Origin: PVC group bacterium
Lineage (GTDB): Bacteria > Omnitrophota > Gorgyraeia > B26-G9
Direction of reading: 5' to 3'
NCBI GenBank assembly: GCA_024231215.1
Contig: JAAEQR010000072.1
Span: forward strand, 65,210 to 129,209
Length of the DNA stretch: 64,000 bases
The notes beneath the pieces were generated by a model, which did no database searches, was not told where the DNA came from, and saw nothing but the letters and a program-made list of their open reading frames with translations. The position numbers were made by a program, and so were the translations under genes. Below, piece after piece: positions 47,087 to 56,839 of this stretch. How positions within the stretch are numbered: the stretch's first letter is position 1; each line of letters opens with the position of its first letter.

Positions 47087-49268
47087 TCAATTATTCTCCT
47101 TATCCAATTATTATTTAAATCCGTTTGCAATGCCGGTATTTCTGGTAAGTATAACTATTTTTTTTATTGGATCGGTTGTATTATTCCAGAACAGGCGGTC
47201 GCTTATTAATATATCTTTCTTTTTAAAATGTTTTAGCGCTGGATTTTGGTTATTTACAGCTTCGATTGTGTATTGTTGTTTGAATGAGGCAGTAGCACAT
47301 ACATTGTATAAATATTTTACTTTTCTCGGTGTTGTTAGCATTGGTCCGAGTCTGTACTTTTTCTCCGTATGCTGGTCTAATGTTGCCAAGCGTCAGAAAT
47401 ATATGATCCCGTTGGTATACATAGCTTTTTATGTTCTTTATGGAGTAACTGTAACTACGGATGTATTTATCCTGCCGGGTATGCGGAAATATTTCTGGGG
47501 GTTGTATCCGATTTATGGGCAGGCAATGGGTGTATTCGTGATAATGTTTACGACTACATATTTACTTTCTTTCATGAATACATTTAATGCGTATCACAGG
47601 GAAACAATTCCGATTAAGAAAAGACAAAAAGGAATTATTGCGTTTGTTCTCGCCTTAGGATATCTGGGATCAATTGATTTTATTTCAAAGTTTTTTGATT
47701 ATACGGTTTTTCCTGTCGGATATCTCGCTATTTTTGTCTATATTTCTCTTGTTGCTTATTCAATTGTGCGCTATCGTGCTTTTGATATTGAAACAGTAAT
47801 ACATAAGACAGCTTTATGGGTTTTGTCTTTTTCTTTTGTTGTTATTCCGGTATTTTTTCTTTACGACTGGTTATTGTCGCATATTGAATTGAAGATTATT
47901 AAATTCGCTTTATGGACTGCGACTTTTCTGATTTTTGCTTTATATCTGCGTGTAGTTCAGCCAAAAATAGACCATATATTTCAACGTCGCAGAGCTGATT
48001 TAGAAATTATTTCCAGAATGTTTATCGAAGAACTGGTGCATTTAAAAGGCCTGAATAATCTTTTGCGTTTGATAAAAGATACGATTGCGGATGTTTTGTA
48101 TTCTCAACAGGTAGATATATTTATTTACAATCAGGAGCGAAAGATTTTTGATTTATTTAACCAGATAAGCGAGGCTAAGCAGAGAGCTTTTCTTAAGGAC
48201 GATGACCGGTTTTTAGAATGGCTGACTAAAAACAACAGAATAGCATATAAAGAGTTTATTTATTTAGATCCCCAATACGCGAAAATAAGACAAGCCGCGA
48301 AGAAATATTTTGCGCTTAATGATGCGGTTTTAGTTATTCCTTTAATTGCAGACGGAAAACTGCTTGGGGTGATTAATTTAGGAAAGAAGGCAAACTTAAA
48401 ACGTTACACGGCAATGGAGTTTAATTTTTTGAATACTTTAAAAAACGAATCAGCTATAGCTATTTCTAATTCTCTTTTATATGAGAATATGGAAGATCAA
48501 GTCAGGCAGCGTTCAAAAGAATTGTTGGAAATGCAGAAACAGCTGGTGCAGGCAGAAAAGTTAGCTACTGTCGGTACTTTAGCCGGTGGGGTAGCACATG
48601 AAATAAATAATCCGCTGGCGGCTATATTGACCAATGTGCAAATGCTTTTGCATTCGGCTGAGATTGCCGATCCATCGGATAAGGAGTCGCTTGAACTTAT
48701 TGAAGAGGCGACGCAACGCTGTCGGGTTATTGTGAAGAAACTAATGGTTTATGCCCGGAAGCCATTGCATTCTTCAGAAATCTCCCGGATAAACCTGTCT
48801 GCAGTGGTGAATAATGTTATTTCATTTCTTGAATATCAATTAACTCAGGAGAATATTGCTGTGGTTATTGATATTCAAGACCTTGGATGTGTTATAAAAG
48901 GTAATCAGAATGAACTAGAGCAGGTAGTTACGAATATGATCCTGAACGCAAAAGATGCTATTAAAAAGGTTAAAAGGGGTGGTACAATAGAAATGTCTTT
49001 AGTTACGAAAGGTAGATGGGTTTGCCTTGAGATTAAAGACGAAGGAGAGGGAATACCCCAGGAAATAAAATCAAAGATATTTGATCCATTTTTTACGACT
49101 AAAGATGTCGGGAAAGGGTTAGGGCTTGGGCTTTCTATTTGTCAGTCTATTATCGAACGTCACGATGGGGTGATTACGGTGGATTCAGAGCCGAACAAGG
49201 GGGCGGTTTTCACGATAAATCTGATTAGAGCAGAAGCAACAGATAAAATTACAAAAAATAAATCTTGA
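47079..49268 (+). CDS. Membrane histidine kinase (7TM-type N-terminus, GAF, HisKA, HATPase)
   Basis: Multiple TM helices, GAF-like VIPL..LLGVINLG, GVAHEINNPL, DEGEG, FDPFFTTK, GLGLGL. Confidence 0.9.
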   Translation: MFNQLFSLSNYYLNPFAMPVFLVSITIFFIGSVVLFQNRRSLINISFFLKCFSAGFWLFTASIVYCCLNEAVAHTLYKYFTFLGVVSIGPSLYFFSVCWSNVAKRQKYMIPLVYIAFYVLYGVTVTTDVFILPGMRKYFWGLYPIYGQAMGVFVIMFTTTYLLSFMNTFNAYHRETIPIKKRQKGIIAFVLALGYLGSIDFISKFFDYTVFPVGYLAIFVYISLVAYSIVRYRAFDIETVIHKTALWVLSFSFVVIPVFFLYDWLLSHIELKIIKFALWTATFLIFALYLRVVQPKIDHIFQRRRADLEIISRMFIEELVHLKGLNNLLRLIKDTIADVLYSQQVDIFIYNQERKIFDLFNQISEAKQRAFLKDDDRFLEWLTKNNRIAYKEFIYLDPQYAKIRQAAKKYFALNDAVLVIPLIADGKLLGVINLGKKANLKRYTAMEFNFLNTLKNESAIAISNSLLYENMEDQVRQRSKELLEMQKQLVQAEKLATVGTLAGGVAHEINNPLAAILTNVQMLLHSAEIADPSDKESLELIEEATQRCRVIVKKLMVYARKPLHSSEISRINLSAVVNNVISFLEYQLTQENIAVVIDIQDLGCVIKGNQNELEQVVTNMILNAKDAIKKVKRGGTIEMSLVTKGRWVCLEIKDEGEGIPQEIKSKIFDPFFTTKDVGKGLGLGLSICQSIIERHDGVITVDSEPNKGAVFTINLIRAEATDKITKNKS

Positions 49269-49360
49269 GGGTCGATTTGTTCAGCCTGGATATTTCATGA
49301 ATTATTTAGGCTATGGAAAGGAACGGATTTTCACGGGGATGATGTAGGGAGGAACCTAAG

Positions 49361-49747
49361 ATGAAGGGCCGGATTTTAATTATTGATGATGAGGTGATTA
49401 TCACCAAAAGTCTGCAGAAACTTCTCTTAAAACAGAAGTTTGAAGTTATTGTTGCTAATAATGGGACAGAGGCGATGCAGGCAGTACAAAATGAAAAAAT
49501 TGATTTAATTGTCTGTGATGTGATGATTCCGGAAATGGACGGGATTGAGATCATAAAGCTAATAAGAGAATATCTTACCCAACAAGCAAAACCCCTGATC
49601 CCAGAAATATTGATTACCGGTTATGCGGATGAGGAAAAGTATAAGAGTGCGGTAGATTTAAAAGTTGCGGACTACCTGTATAAACCTTTTGATACGAGTG
49701 AATTCCTGGAGGTTATTGAAAAGAATTTAAATGGTGTTAAAAGATAA
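49361..49747 (+). CDS. Single-domain response regulator
   Basis: LIIDDE, CDVMIP.MDG, ITG, YKPF. Confidence 0.92.
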   Translation: MKGRILIIDDEVIITKSLQKLLLKQKFEVIVANNGTEAMQAVQNEKIDLIVCDVMIPEMDGIEIIKLIREYLTQQAKPLIPEILITGYADEEKYKSAVDLKVADYLYKPFDTSEFLEVIEKNLNGVKR

Positions 49748-49759
49748 GGACAGATTGCA

Positions 49760-50992
49760 ATGGAGAAAAAGCGGGTAGTGATTACAGGAATCGGTGTTAT
49801 TGCGCCAAACGGGATGGGCAAAGATGCGTTTTGGCAGGCATTAAAAAAGGGCAAGTCCGGGATTAAAGAGCCAACGCTTATAGATGTAACTTATTTTAAA
49901 AATAAATTAGCTGGTGAATGCAGTGATTTTGATGCGGAAACATTTTTAGGTAAAAAAGGTTTGCGTAATTTAGACCGGAGTACAAAACTTGTTTGCTCTG
50001 CGGCAAAAATGGCTTTAGAGGATGCTTCTTTTGAAATGACTGATGATAATAGTGACGATGTTGGAGTGGTGACCGCAACGACTTTGTCTATCAGTGCGGA
50101 TATTGCTAAGTTCAGCAAAGAAATAGCAGATGAAGGATTTAAGTTTACTAATCCGGCGTTATTTCCTCCGACAACAATGAATTTCCCTTCCAGTCAGATT
50201 TCTATCAGGAATAAAATAAAAGGGTTTAATACCACGGTGGCCTCAGGATATACTGCAGGCTTAGATGCTCTTAAATACGCGGTAAATTTTATAAGCTTAG
50301 GAAGGACAAAAGCAGTATTGGTAGCCGGGGTAGAAAGCCTCGTCTTTTCTAATTACGTAGGGTTTTCTAAGGTTGGGTTTCTGGCCGGAGCAAAAGGTCC
50401 GGAACTATCCTGTCCTTTTGATAGCCGACATAACGGAATTATTCTTGGGGAAGGGACAGCGGCTTTATTAGTTGAATCTGAAGATAGTGCTTTAGAACGC
50501 AATGCGCGGATTTACGGAGAAGTGTTGGGGGTAAAGACATTTTTTGACGCGTATAAGCCGGCAAAATATGACCCTAAGGTTCGAGGTTTAAAACAGAGTA
50601 TGACTAAGGCTTTGGAGAGTTCTGGTTTGAGTGAAGAAGATATTGATTATATTTGTGCTTCGGCAAATTCTGTGGAAGAACAGGATAAATTAGAGACTCT
50701 AGCTATAAAAAATGTATTTGGTCTTTACGCAGAAAATATCCCCGTGAGTTCTATAAAGTCTATGATTGGAGAAAGCATTAGTGCTAATGGAGTACTGCAG
50801 ATCGCGGCAAGCCTAGGGGCAATCAACGAAAGTTTCATTCCTCCGACGATTAATTATGAGAATCCTGATCCGGAGTGTGATTTAGATTATGTGCCCAATA
50901 CTTTCCGAAAACAAACCGTAAATAATGTGTTAATTAATAATTTCGGTCCGGGAGGCAATAACGCAGCAGCAGTGATTGCTAAATATGATTAA
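49760..50992 (+). CDS. Ketosynthase-like protein lacking the catalytic triad (chain-length factor)
   Basis: FabF fold, but ASGYTAG (Cys to Tyr), CASANS (His to Ser) and KSMIGES (His to Glu). Confidence 0.85.
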   Translation: MEKKRVVITGIGVIAPNGMGKDAFWQALKKGKSGIKEPTLIDVTYFKNKLAGECSDFDAETFLGKKGLRNLDRSTKLVCSAAKMALEDASFEMTDDNSDDVGVVTATTLSISADIAKFSKEIADEGFKFTNPALFPPTTMNFPSSQISIRNKIKGFNTTVASGYTAGLDALKYAVNFISLGRTKAVLVAGVESLVFSNYVGFSKVGFLAGAKGPELSCPFDSRHNGIILGEGTAALLVESEDSALERNARIYGEVLGVKTFFDAYKPAKYDPKVRGLKQSMTKALESSGLSEEDIDYICASANSVEEQDKLETLAIKNVFGLYAENIPVSSIKSMIGESISANGVLQIAASLGAINESFIPPTINYENPDPECDLDYVPNTFRKQTVNNVLINNFGPGGNNAAAVIAKYD

Positions 50993-51021
50993 TGAGAAAG
51001 GTTATTTGAGAAAGGTTATTA

Positions 51022-52230
51022 ATGAATAAAAAACGCAGGGTGGTTGCAACAGGACTTGGAGTGATATCCTCGGTTGGCATTGGCAAAGACGCGTTTTGGA
51101 AAAGTGTAACCAGCGGGACTTCCGGAATTACGGAAATTACTTCAGTTGACACCACAGAGTTTAACTGCCATTACGGTGGAGAAGTTAAAAAATTTAACCC
51201 TGAAGAATTTATTCCCAAAAGAAAAGTTCCTTTTTTAGGTAAAACTTCGCAATTAGCATTATCTGCGGCATCACTTGCATTAAAAGATGCTGGATTTTCT
51301 GAAAAGAAAGTTCCTTCTCAAAAGTTTGGGGTGATTATCGGGACTACTGTTGGCGAAAGACCTTTAGAAGAATTGGTGCAGGCTTGGGCCAGAGGCGGGT
51401 TAAAAGAGGTAGATCGAGGAAGGGTTTTTCAGGCTTCGGTGAATAATATTTCGGCTAATGTTGGGATTCATTTTAAAGCCATGGGGTTGAATCATGTGTT
51501 TCCGACAGCTTGTGCTGCCGGTAATTATTGTATTGGCTATGGGATGGATTTAATCCAGAGCGGTGATTTGAATTTTGTTCTAGTCGGAGGTGCGGAAGCA
51601 TTTTCACGGGTGGCTTATGTCGGATTCCAAAGGCTTTACGCAATGTCTCCGGATAAATGCCGGCCGTTTGATAAAAACAGAAAAGGGATGCAGTTAGGAG
51701 AAGGCTCGGGTGTTTTGCTTTTAGAATCAATGGAGTCTGCTATAAAACGAAAAGCACATATTTACGCGGAAGTTTTAGGCTACGGTCTTTCCTGTGATGC
51801 TTATCATGCTACAGCTCCGGATACACAAGGTATTGCTAAAGCCATGGGCAAGGCTTTAAAAGATGCGGATACATTACCCGAAGATATAGATTATATTTGC
51901 ACACATGGAACCGGTACTCCGATGAACGACAGAATAGAAACTGCGGCAATAAAAGAAGTGTTCAAAGATAAAAGTAAGGATCTTGTGATTAATTCTCTGA
52001 AATCCATGCTTGGGCATACCATGGGTGCGGCTTCGGCAATTGAAGCAGCGGCGTGTTGTATGGCATTGGAAGATGGGATAATTCCTCCGACAATCAACTA
52101 CGATGAATCCGATCCTGAATGTGATTTAGATTGTGTACCGAACAAAGCAAAAAAGAAGAAAATAAAAGTAGCTTTAAATAACGGGTTTGCCTTTGGCGGC
52201 AATAACTGTAGTGTGGTGTTTGGAAAATGA
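51022..52230 (+). CDS. Beta-ketoacyl-ACP synthase (FabF-like, active)
   Basis: TACAAG, THGTGT, KSMLGH, FAFGG. Confidence 0.92.
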   Translation: MNKKRRVVATGLGVISSVGIGKDAFWKSVTSGTSGITEITSVDTTEFNCHYGGEVKKFNPEEFIPKRKVPFLGKTSQLALSAASLALKDAGFSEKKVPSQKFGVIIGTTVGERPLEELVQAWARGGLKEVDRGRVFQASVNNISANVGIHFKAMGLNHVFPTACAAGNYCIGYGMDLIQSGDLNFVLVGGAEAFSRVAYVGFQRLYAMSPDKCRPFDKNRKGMQLGEGSGVLLLESMESAIKRKAHIYAEVLGYGLSCDAYHATAPDTQGIAKAMGKALKDADTLPEDIDYICTHGTGTPMNDRIETAAIKEVFKDKSKDLVINSLKSMLGHTMGAASAIEAAACCMALEDGIIPPTINYDESDPECDLDCVPNKAKKKKIKVALNNGFAFGGNNCSVVFGK

Positions 52231-53270
52231 GTGAAATAGATCAGAAAATTAGTAGTTTGTTGAAAAAATACAAAGTTTCTGCAAAAGATAAAAAAGTGAT
52301 TGATTCTTTTGTTAAGCAAGCAATAGAGTATATTGCTTGCTTTCAGCAATTTGAGCAAAAAATAAAAGGCAAGCCCTATAAAAAATCACTCCAAAGAATA
52401 TTTGATAAAGAACAGAACAAATTAATTACCACGTTATATACGGTTGATCGAAAAATTAAATCTTCCGGCGTTAAATTTAAAATGAGGGCATTATTTAGAG
52501 AGATAGGAAAAAAATATATTTTCAAATCAGGAATAGCAAAACGCATTTATGATCGTCCCCAAGGTTATCCTGGGGATTTTTTAACATTCGAAATATTCTA
52601 TGACAACAAACCGATATCTAAAGGCGCAGGAGAATATTTAGATGTCTGGGCATTAAGACACGTGCTATCTTTAGCAGCTACGTATAGGAAAAACAACATG
52701 CAGGAGATATTGAAAAAGATCATTAGTGGAAAACGTAAAAAAATAAAGATATTAAACGTAGGTTGTGGTTCGTCCAGGGAAATTCGTGATTTATTGACCG
52801 AAAATATGAATCTTAGCAAAAAGCTTTCGATTATCTGTTTAGATCAGGATAAAGATGCATTAAATTATTCAAAAAAATGTATTAAAGCCTTGGGGAATGA
52901 TATAGATGTTAAGTTTTTGCAGGAGGATATTTTATCTCTAATTGGGGTAAGCAAGAAACAATTATTAATAGGTCGACAGGATATAATTTATAGTTTAGGG
53001 GTTGCAGATTACTTTTTAAAAACAGCTTTGGGTAATTTTATAAAATTTTGTTATAGTAGATTAAATCCAGGAGGAAAACTTATAATTGCTTTTTGTAGTT
53101 CGCATAATCCTAAATTATATGTTCATTTGCGATGGTTTTGCGAATGGAACTTTTTCATTAATGATGCGAAAAAAATACGTGATTTTATAGTTAAAGATTT
53201 GGGGATTAAGAAAACTAAGATTGTGTGGGAAAAGCCAAAACCTGTTTTTCTCGCATTAATGGAGAAGTAG
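52227..53270 (+). CDS. Class I SAM methyltransferase, PhcB-like
   Basis: RPQGYPGD motif, ILNVGCGSSREI, LDQD, YSLGVADY, LNPGG. Confidence 0.7.
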   Translation: MSEIDQKISSLLKKYKVSAKDKKVIDSFVKQAIEYIACFQQFEQKIKGKPYKKSLQRIFDKEQNKLITTLYTVDRKIKSSGVKFKMRALFREIGKKYIFKSGIAKRIYDRPQGYPGDFLTFEIFYDNKPISKGAGEYLDVWALRHVLSLAATYRKNNMQEILKKIISGKRKKIKILNVGCGSSREIRDLLTENMNLSKKLSIICLDQDKDALNYSKKCIKALGNDIDVKFLQEDILSLIGVSKKQLLIGRQDIIYSLGVADYFLKTALGNFIKFCYSRLNPGGKLIIAFCSSHNPKLYVHLRWFCEWNFFINDAKKIRDFIVKDLGIKKTKIVWEKPKPVFLALMEK

Positions 53271-53271
53271 T

Positions 53272-53865
53272 ATGGATTTTTTATGTATGATAAAAAATAG
53301 AGCAGTTACAAGGAGATATGAGGATAAATCAGTTCCTGTTGAAATTGTTGAAAAGATTATTGATTCAGGTGTATGGTCTTCATCAATACACGGTTTTCAA
53401 CCATGGAAATTTATGGTTATAAATGGTAAGGATAAAATTAAAAAAATATCAGAGATTGTTTCTGATGTGCCAGTAGATATAGCTGGTGATAGTATGGGGA
53501 AATTGGTGAATTTTTCAGCAAGGGTTATTGCCGATGCGCCTTTATTGATTATGGTGTATAATACAAAAGCATTTACTAATGCTGCTGGTAAATTTTTTAA
53601 AATCAATCGGGAATATATAGAAATAGCACAAATGACAGAAATTGAAGGTATCTCCGGAGCGATTCAAAATATGATAATGATGGCGGAAAGCTTAGGAGTT
53701 GGGAGTTGTTGGTTAACTACTCCTTTGTTTTGCGAAAGCAAAATAAACGATTTTTTAAATATTACAGATAGGTTAGTTGCAGTAATAACATTTGGTTACT
53801 CGATGCAGAAAGAAGTTCGTTCTCCCCGAAAGAATGTTGAGACCAAAGTTAATTACGTGCGATAA
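53272..53865 (+). CDS. Nitroreductase family flavoprotein
   Basis: IKNRAVTRRY, QPWKF, AIQNM...AESLGVGSCW, ITFGY. Confidence 0.88.
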   Translation: MDFLCMIKNRAVTRRYEDKSVPVEIVEKIIDSGVWSSSIHGFQPWKFMVINGKDKIKKISEIVSDVPVDIAGDSMGKLVNFSARVIADAPLLIMVYNTKAFTNAAGKFFKINREYIEIAQMTEIEGISGAIQNMIMMAESLGVGSCWLTTPLFCESKINDFLNITDRLVAVITFGYSMQKEVRSPRKNVETKVNYVR

Positions 53866-53874
53866 AATTTTATT

Positions 53875-56064
53875 ATGAATTTATTTACAATATCTTCGGT
53901 ATTAATATTTACTTTTACTTTATTAATAGGTATTATTGCTTATTGGAAAGGTACAGATAAGAAAATAACAAAGGTTTGGGCTTTGTTTTGTCTTTCTATA
54001 TCTATTTGGGGGATGGGCGGGTATATATTTTCATCAACAATATCCAAAGATGTAGCTCTTTTAGGATGGAGGATTACTAATATCGGTGTTATCCTTATCC
54101 CTGTGACTTTTTACCATTTTATCTATCTTTTTCTTCGGCTGCACAAGAAATCACATAGAAGAATTTTGATCGGATCATATGTTCTGGGTAGTCTGTTTTT
54201 AGTATTTAATTTTCTGCCACGGCAGTTTTTTGTAGGGGATGTTAGTTGGGTATTTGGTCAGTTTTATTATGGCGATTGGTGGATATGTAAAAGTCCATTA
54301 TATTTATTACTTTACATCCTTTTTTATTGGGTATTACTTTTATATGTATTTACATTGCTTATCACCCAGTATAATCATTTTAGCGGGAATAAAAGAGAGC
54401 AGTTGAAATATTTTATACTGGCTGCTATAGTTGGATGGGTTGGCCCGACTTTAATGTGGCCGATTTGTTTTAGGATATATATATATCCCTATTCAAATTT
54501 TCTCATAGCGTTCTTTCCTTTTATAATTGCTTATGCCATTATAAAACATCGTCTCATGGATATCAAAATTGCACTTACCCGTGGGGCGATATTATTGATT
54601 GTATACGCGTTTATTGTGGGCGTGCCGTTGTTATTTGTTGCTTCCGGGAGGACTTGGCTGACCGGATTATTTAATGATAAATGGTTTTATCCGCCACTGA
54701 TAATGTATACAGTATTGGCATTGCTGGCACCGTATATATATCTTCGTTTGCAGGCAAAGGCTGAGGCAAAAAGAATGCTTGAACAATATCATTTGCATCA
54801 GTCTCTTAAAGCTGCGTCAAAAACTACAATTGAAGTCCAGAGCGTTAAAAAACTATCCAAAATAATTCCTAGATATTTACTTCGTTTATACGGGAGGTTA
54901 AATAATAAAATAACTCACATTAGTTTGTTTCTTATGGATAAAAACAAAAAGATATATCGGTTGAAATCTTCTGTAGGGGATGAGAAACTGCCCAAGGATC
55001 TGAGCATCTCAGAAAACAGTATTTTAGTAGATTGGTTTACAAAAATAAGCCATGAGGTGGTAGAGCAGGGAGTATTAAAAGCCAAAGAAGTGGAAGTCTT
55101 AGTATATGAAGATATAGATTATTGGATGAACGAAGCTAATGTTTTACGTGCGCCATATCGCGGCTTAAAGAAAATCTTGAGAGACTTAAAAAAAACCATG
55201 GAAAGCTTAAACGCGCAGATAATCCTACCTTCTGTATATCAGCAGGAACTGTTAGGATTTTTGATCTTGGGGGAGAAGACTCCTGATTTATATACGAGAA
55301 ATGATATTGATACGTTTTCTATTCTGGCGAATGACAGTGCTATGGCGTTTAAAGCGGCGCGATTGTTTGAAGACTTGAAAATGACTCAAGCCCAGCTTAT
55401 TCAGTCTGAAAAATTAAACCTTTTAGGCCAGTTGGCATCATCCATGGCCCATGAAATTAATAATCCATTAGCGATCATTTCCGGAAATATCCAGCTTTTA
55501 CTTATGGATGTAAAAGACGAAGGGATTCGTGAATTACTTAAGAAAATAGATGAACAGACCGAAAGAGGGTATAAGATAATCCATAGGCTGCTGAATTTTT
55601 CAAAATTGCCGAAAGAAGATATTAAAGATATTGATATGCATGAGACCATAAATGAAACACTGGAATTGGTCAATCATAAAATTATCCATGGCAATATCAT
55701 GCTGGAAAGACACTTTGATGAGGTAAAGATAATAAAAGGCAATCCTATTCAGATACAAGAGGTTTTACTGAATTTGTTTGTTAATGCCATCCAGGCTATG
55801 CCCGAGGGCGGAGATCTAAAGATATATACCAAACAGCTGGATGGTTTTGTCCAGGTTGTGGTTGAGGATAATGGCAAAGGAATAGAAGCGGAAGATGTAG
55901 CTAATATCTTTGATCCTTTCTATACCAAAGGCAAAAAAGACGGAACCGGCCTTGGATTATTTGTCGCCGACCAGATAATGAAGCTTCATAAAGGTAGTAT
56001 TGAACTAAAAAGCAAGTTAGGCGAAGGTACTACATTTACCCTCAAATTCGCGGAGAAATTGTAA
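53875..56064 (+). CDS. Second membrane histidine kinase (7TM-type N-terminus, GAF, HisKA, HATPase)
   Basis: Multiple TM helices, LLGFLILGEK, MAHEINNPL, NAIQAM, DNGKG, GTGLGL. Confidence 0.9.
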   Translation: MNLFTISSVLIFTFTLLIGIIAYWKGTDKKITKVWALFCLSISIWGMGGYIFSSTISKDVALLGWRITNIGVILIPVTFYHFIYLFLRLHKKSHRRILIGSYVLGSLFLVFNFLPRQFFVGDVSWVFGQFYYGDWWICKSPLYLLLYILFYWVLLLYVFTLLITQYNHFSGNKREQLKYFILAAIVGWVGPTLMWPICFRIYIYPYSNFLIAFFPFIIAYAIIKHRLMDIKIALTRGAILLIVYAFIVGVPLLFVASGRTWLTGLFNDKWFYPPLIMYTVLALLAPYIYLRLQAKAEAKRMLEQYHLHQSLKAASKTTIEVQSVKKLSKIIPRYLLRLYGRLNNKITHISLFLMDKNKKIYRLKSSVGDEKLPKDLSISENSILVDWFTKISHEVVEQGVLKAKEVEVLVYEDIDYWMNEANVLRAPYRGLKKILRDLKKTMESLNAQIILPSVYQQELLGFLILGEKTPDLYTRNDIDTFSILANDSAMAFKAARLFEDLKMTQAQLIQSEKLNLLGQLASSMAHEINNPLAIISGNIQLLLMDVKDEGIRELLKKIDEQTERGYKIIHRLLNFSKLPKEDIKDIDMHETINETLELVNHKIIHGNIMLERHFDEVKIIKGNPIQIQEVLLNLFVNAIQAMPEGGDLKIYTKQLDGFVQVVVEDNGKGIEAEDVANIFDPFYTKGKKDGTGLGLFVADQIMKLHKGSIELKSKLGEGTTFTLKFAEKL

Positions 56065-56172
56065 GTTCTTATTTAGCAATATGGATATTGTTTTTCTCTT
56101 GTAGAGGCTGAAATTATGCTATACTTGTAGTATAAGGGTAATAGCTCGATAAATGCCGGAGGAGGCCTGTAG

Positions 56173-56694
56173 ATGGGTAGAAGAAAGAATGTTCTACTTC
56201 TGAGTATGGTATTTGTACTTTTGTTAACTGTTTGTGCGTTTGCAGTTGATGGTGGGGGGATTCAATGGCGCATGTATTTTTCCGACCTGTTTAAAATCAA
56301 ATTTTATATTCCTGTAAATCTAAACTTAAGCAAAGTTACCAGTTCAGAATGGACCAGGCTGCAGGGGCGCACCAGCTCCGGGATTGAAGTTGAAGCGCAT
56401 TTTGATAATAAAAATCAATATCTGATTTTTATTAAAGAATATGCGGCGGAGACTCTGGGGATTAGCCATAAAGCATTTAGGATGATTAATAAAAGCAAGA
56501 AGAATGCGCTGGAGTATCGTGTCTATCTTGCGGATATGGAACGTAACGGTAAGAACTATAGGGTGGGGGTTATTGTTGCGAAGCATATAGATTATAAAAT
56601 CTCATATATGCTTTATTTATTAATGCCATATGATATGTGGGAAGATCGTCGTGAAGCTTTTACTTTTTGGTATGAAAACATAACTGGCCTTTAA
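56173..56694 (+). CDS. Exported hypothetical protein
   Basis: RBS GGAGGAGG; signal peptide ending AFA. Confidence 0.65.
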   Translation: MGRRKNVLLLSMVFVLLLTVCAFAVDGGGIQWRMYFSDLFKIKFYIPVNLNLSKVTSSEWTRLQGRTSSGIEVEAHFDNKNQYLIFIKEYAAETLGISHKAFRMINKSKKNALEYRVYLADMERNGKNYRVGVIVAKHIDYKISYMLYLLMPYDMWEDRREAFTFWYENITGL

Positions 56695-56839
56695 AACTAT
56701 TTAATCCTTCCAGTTTATTTTAACTTGCCTTAATTCTTTTTGTTTTATTATATTTTTTTGCTTGTCAAATAAAGTAAATCGTATTAAACTCTTCCTTTGC
56801 GTCTATTGAATTGCGTAAGTATTAACAGGGAGGTTAGTG

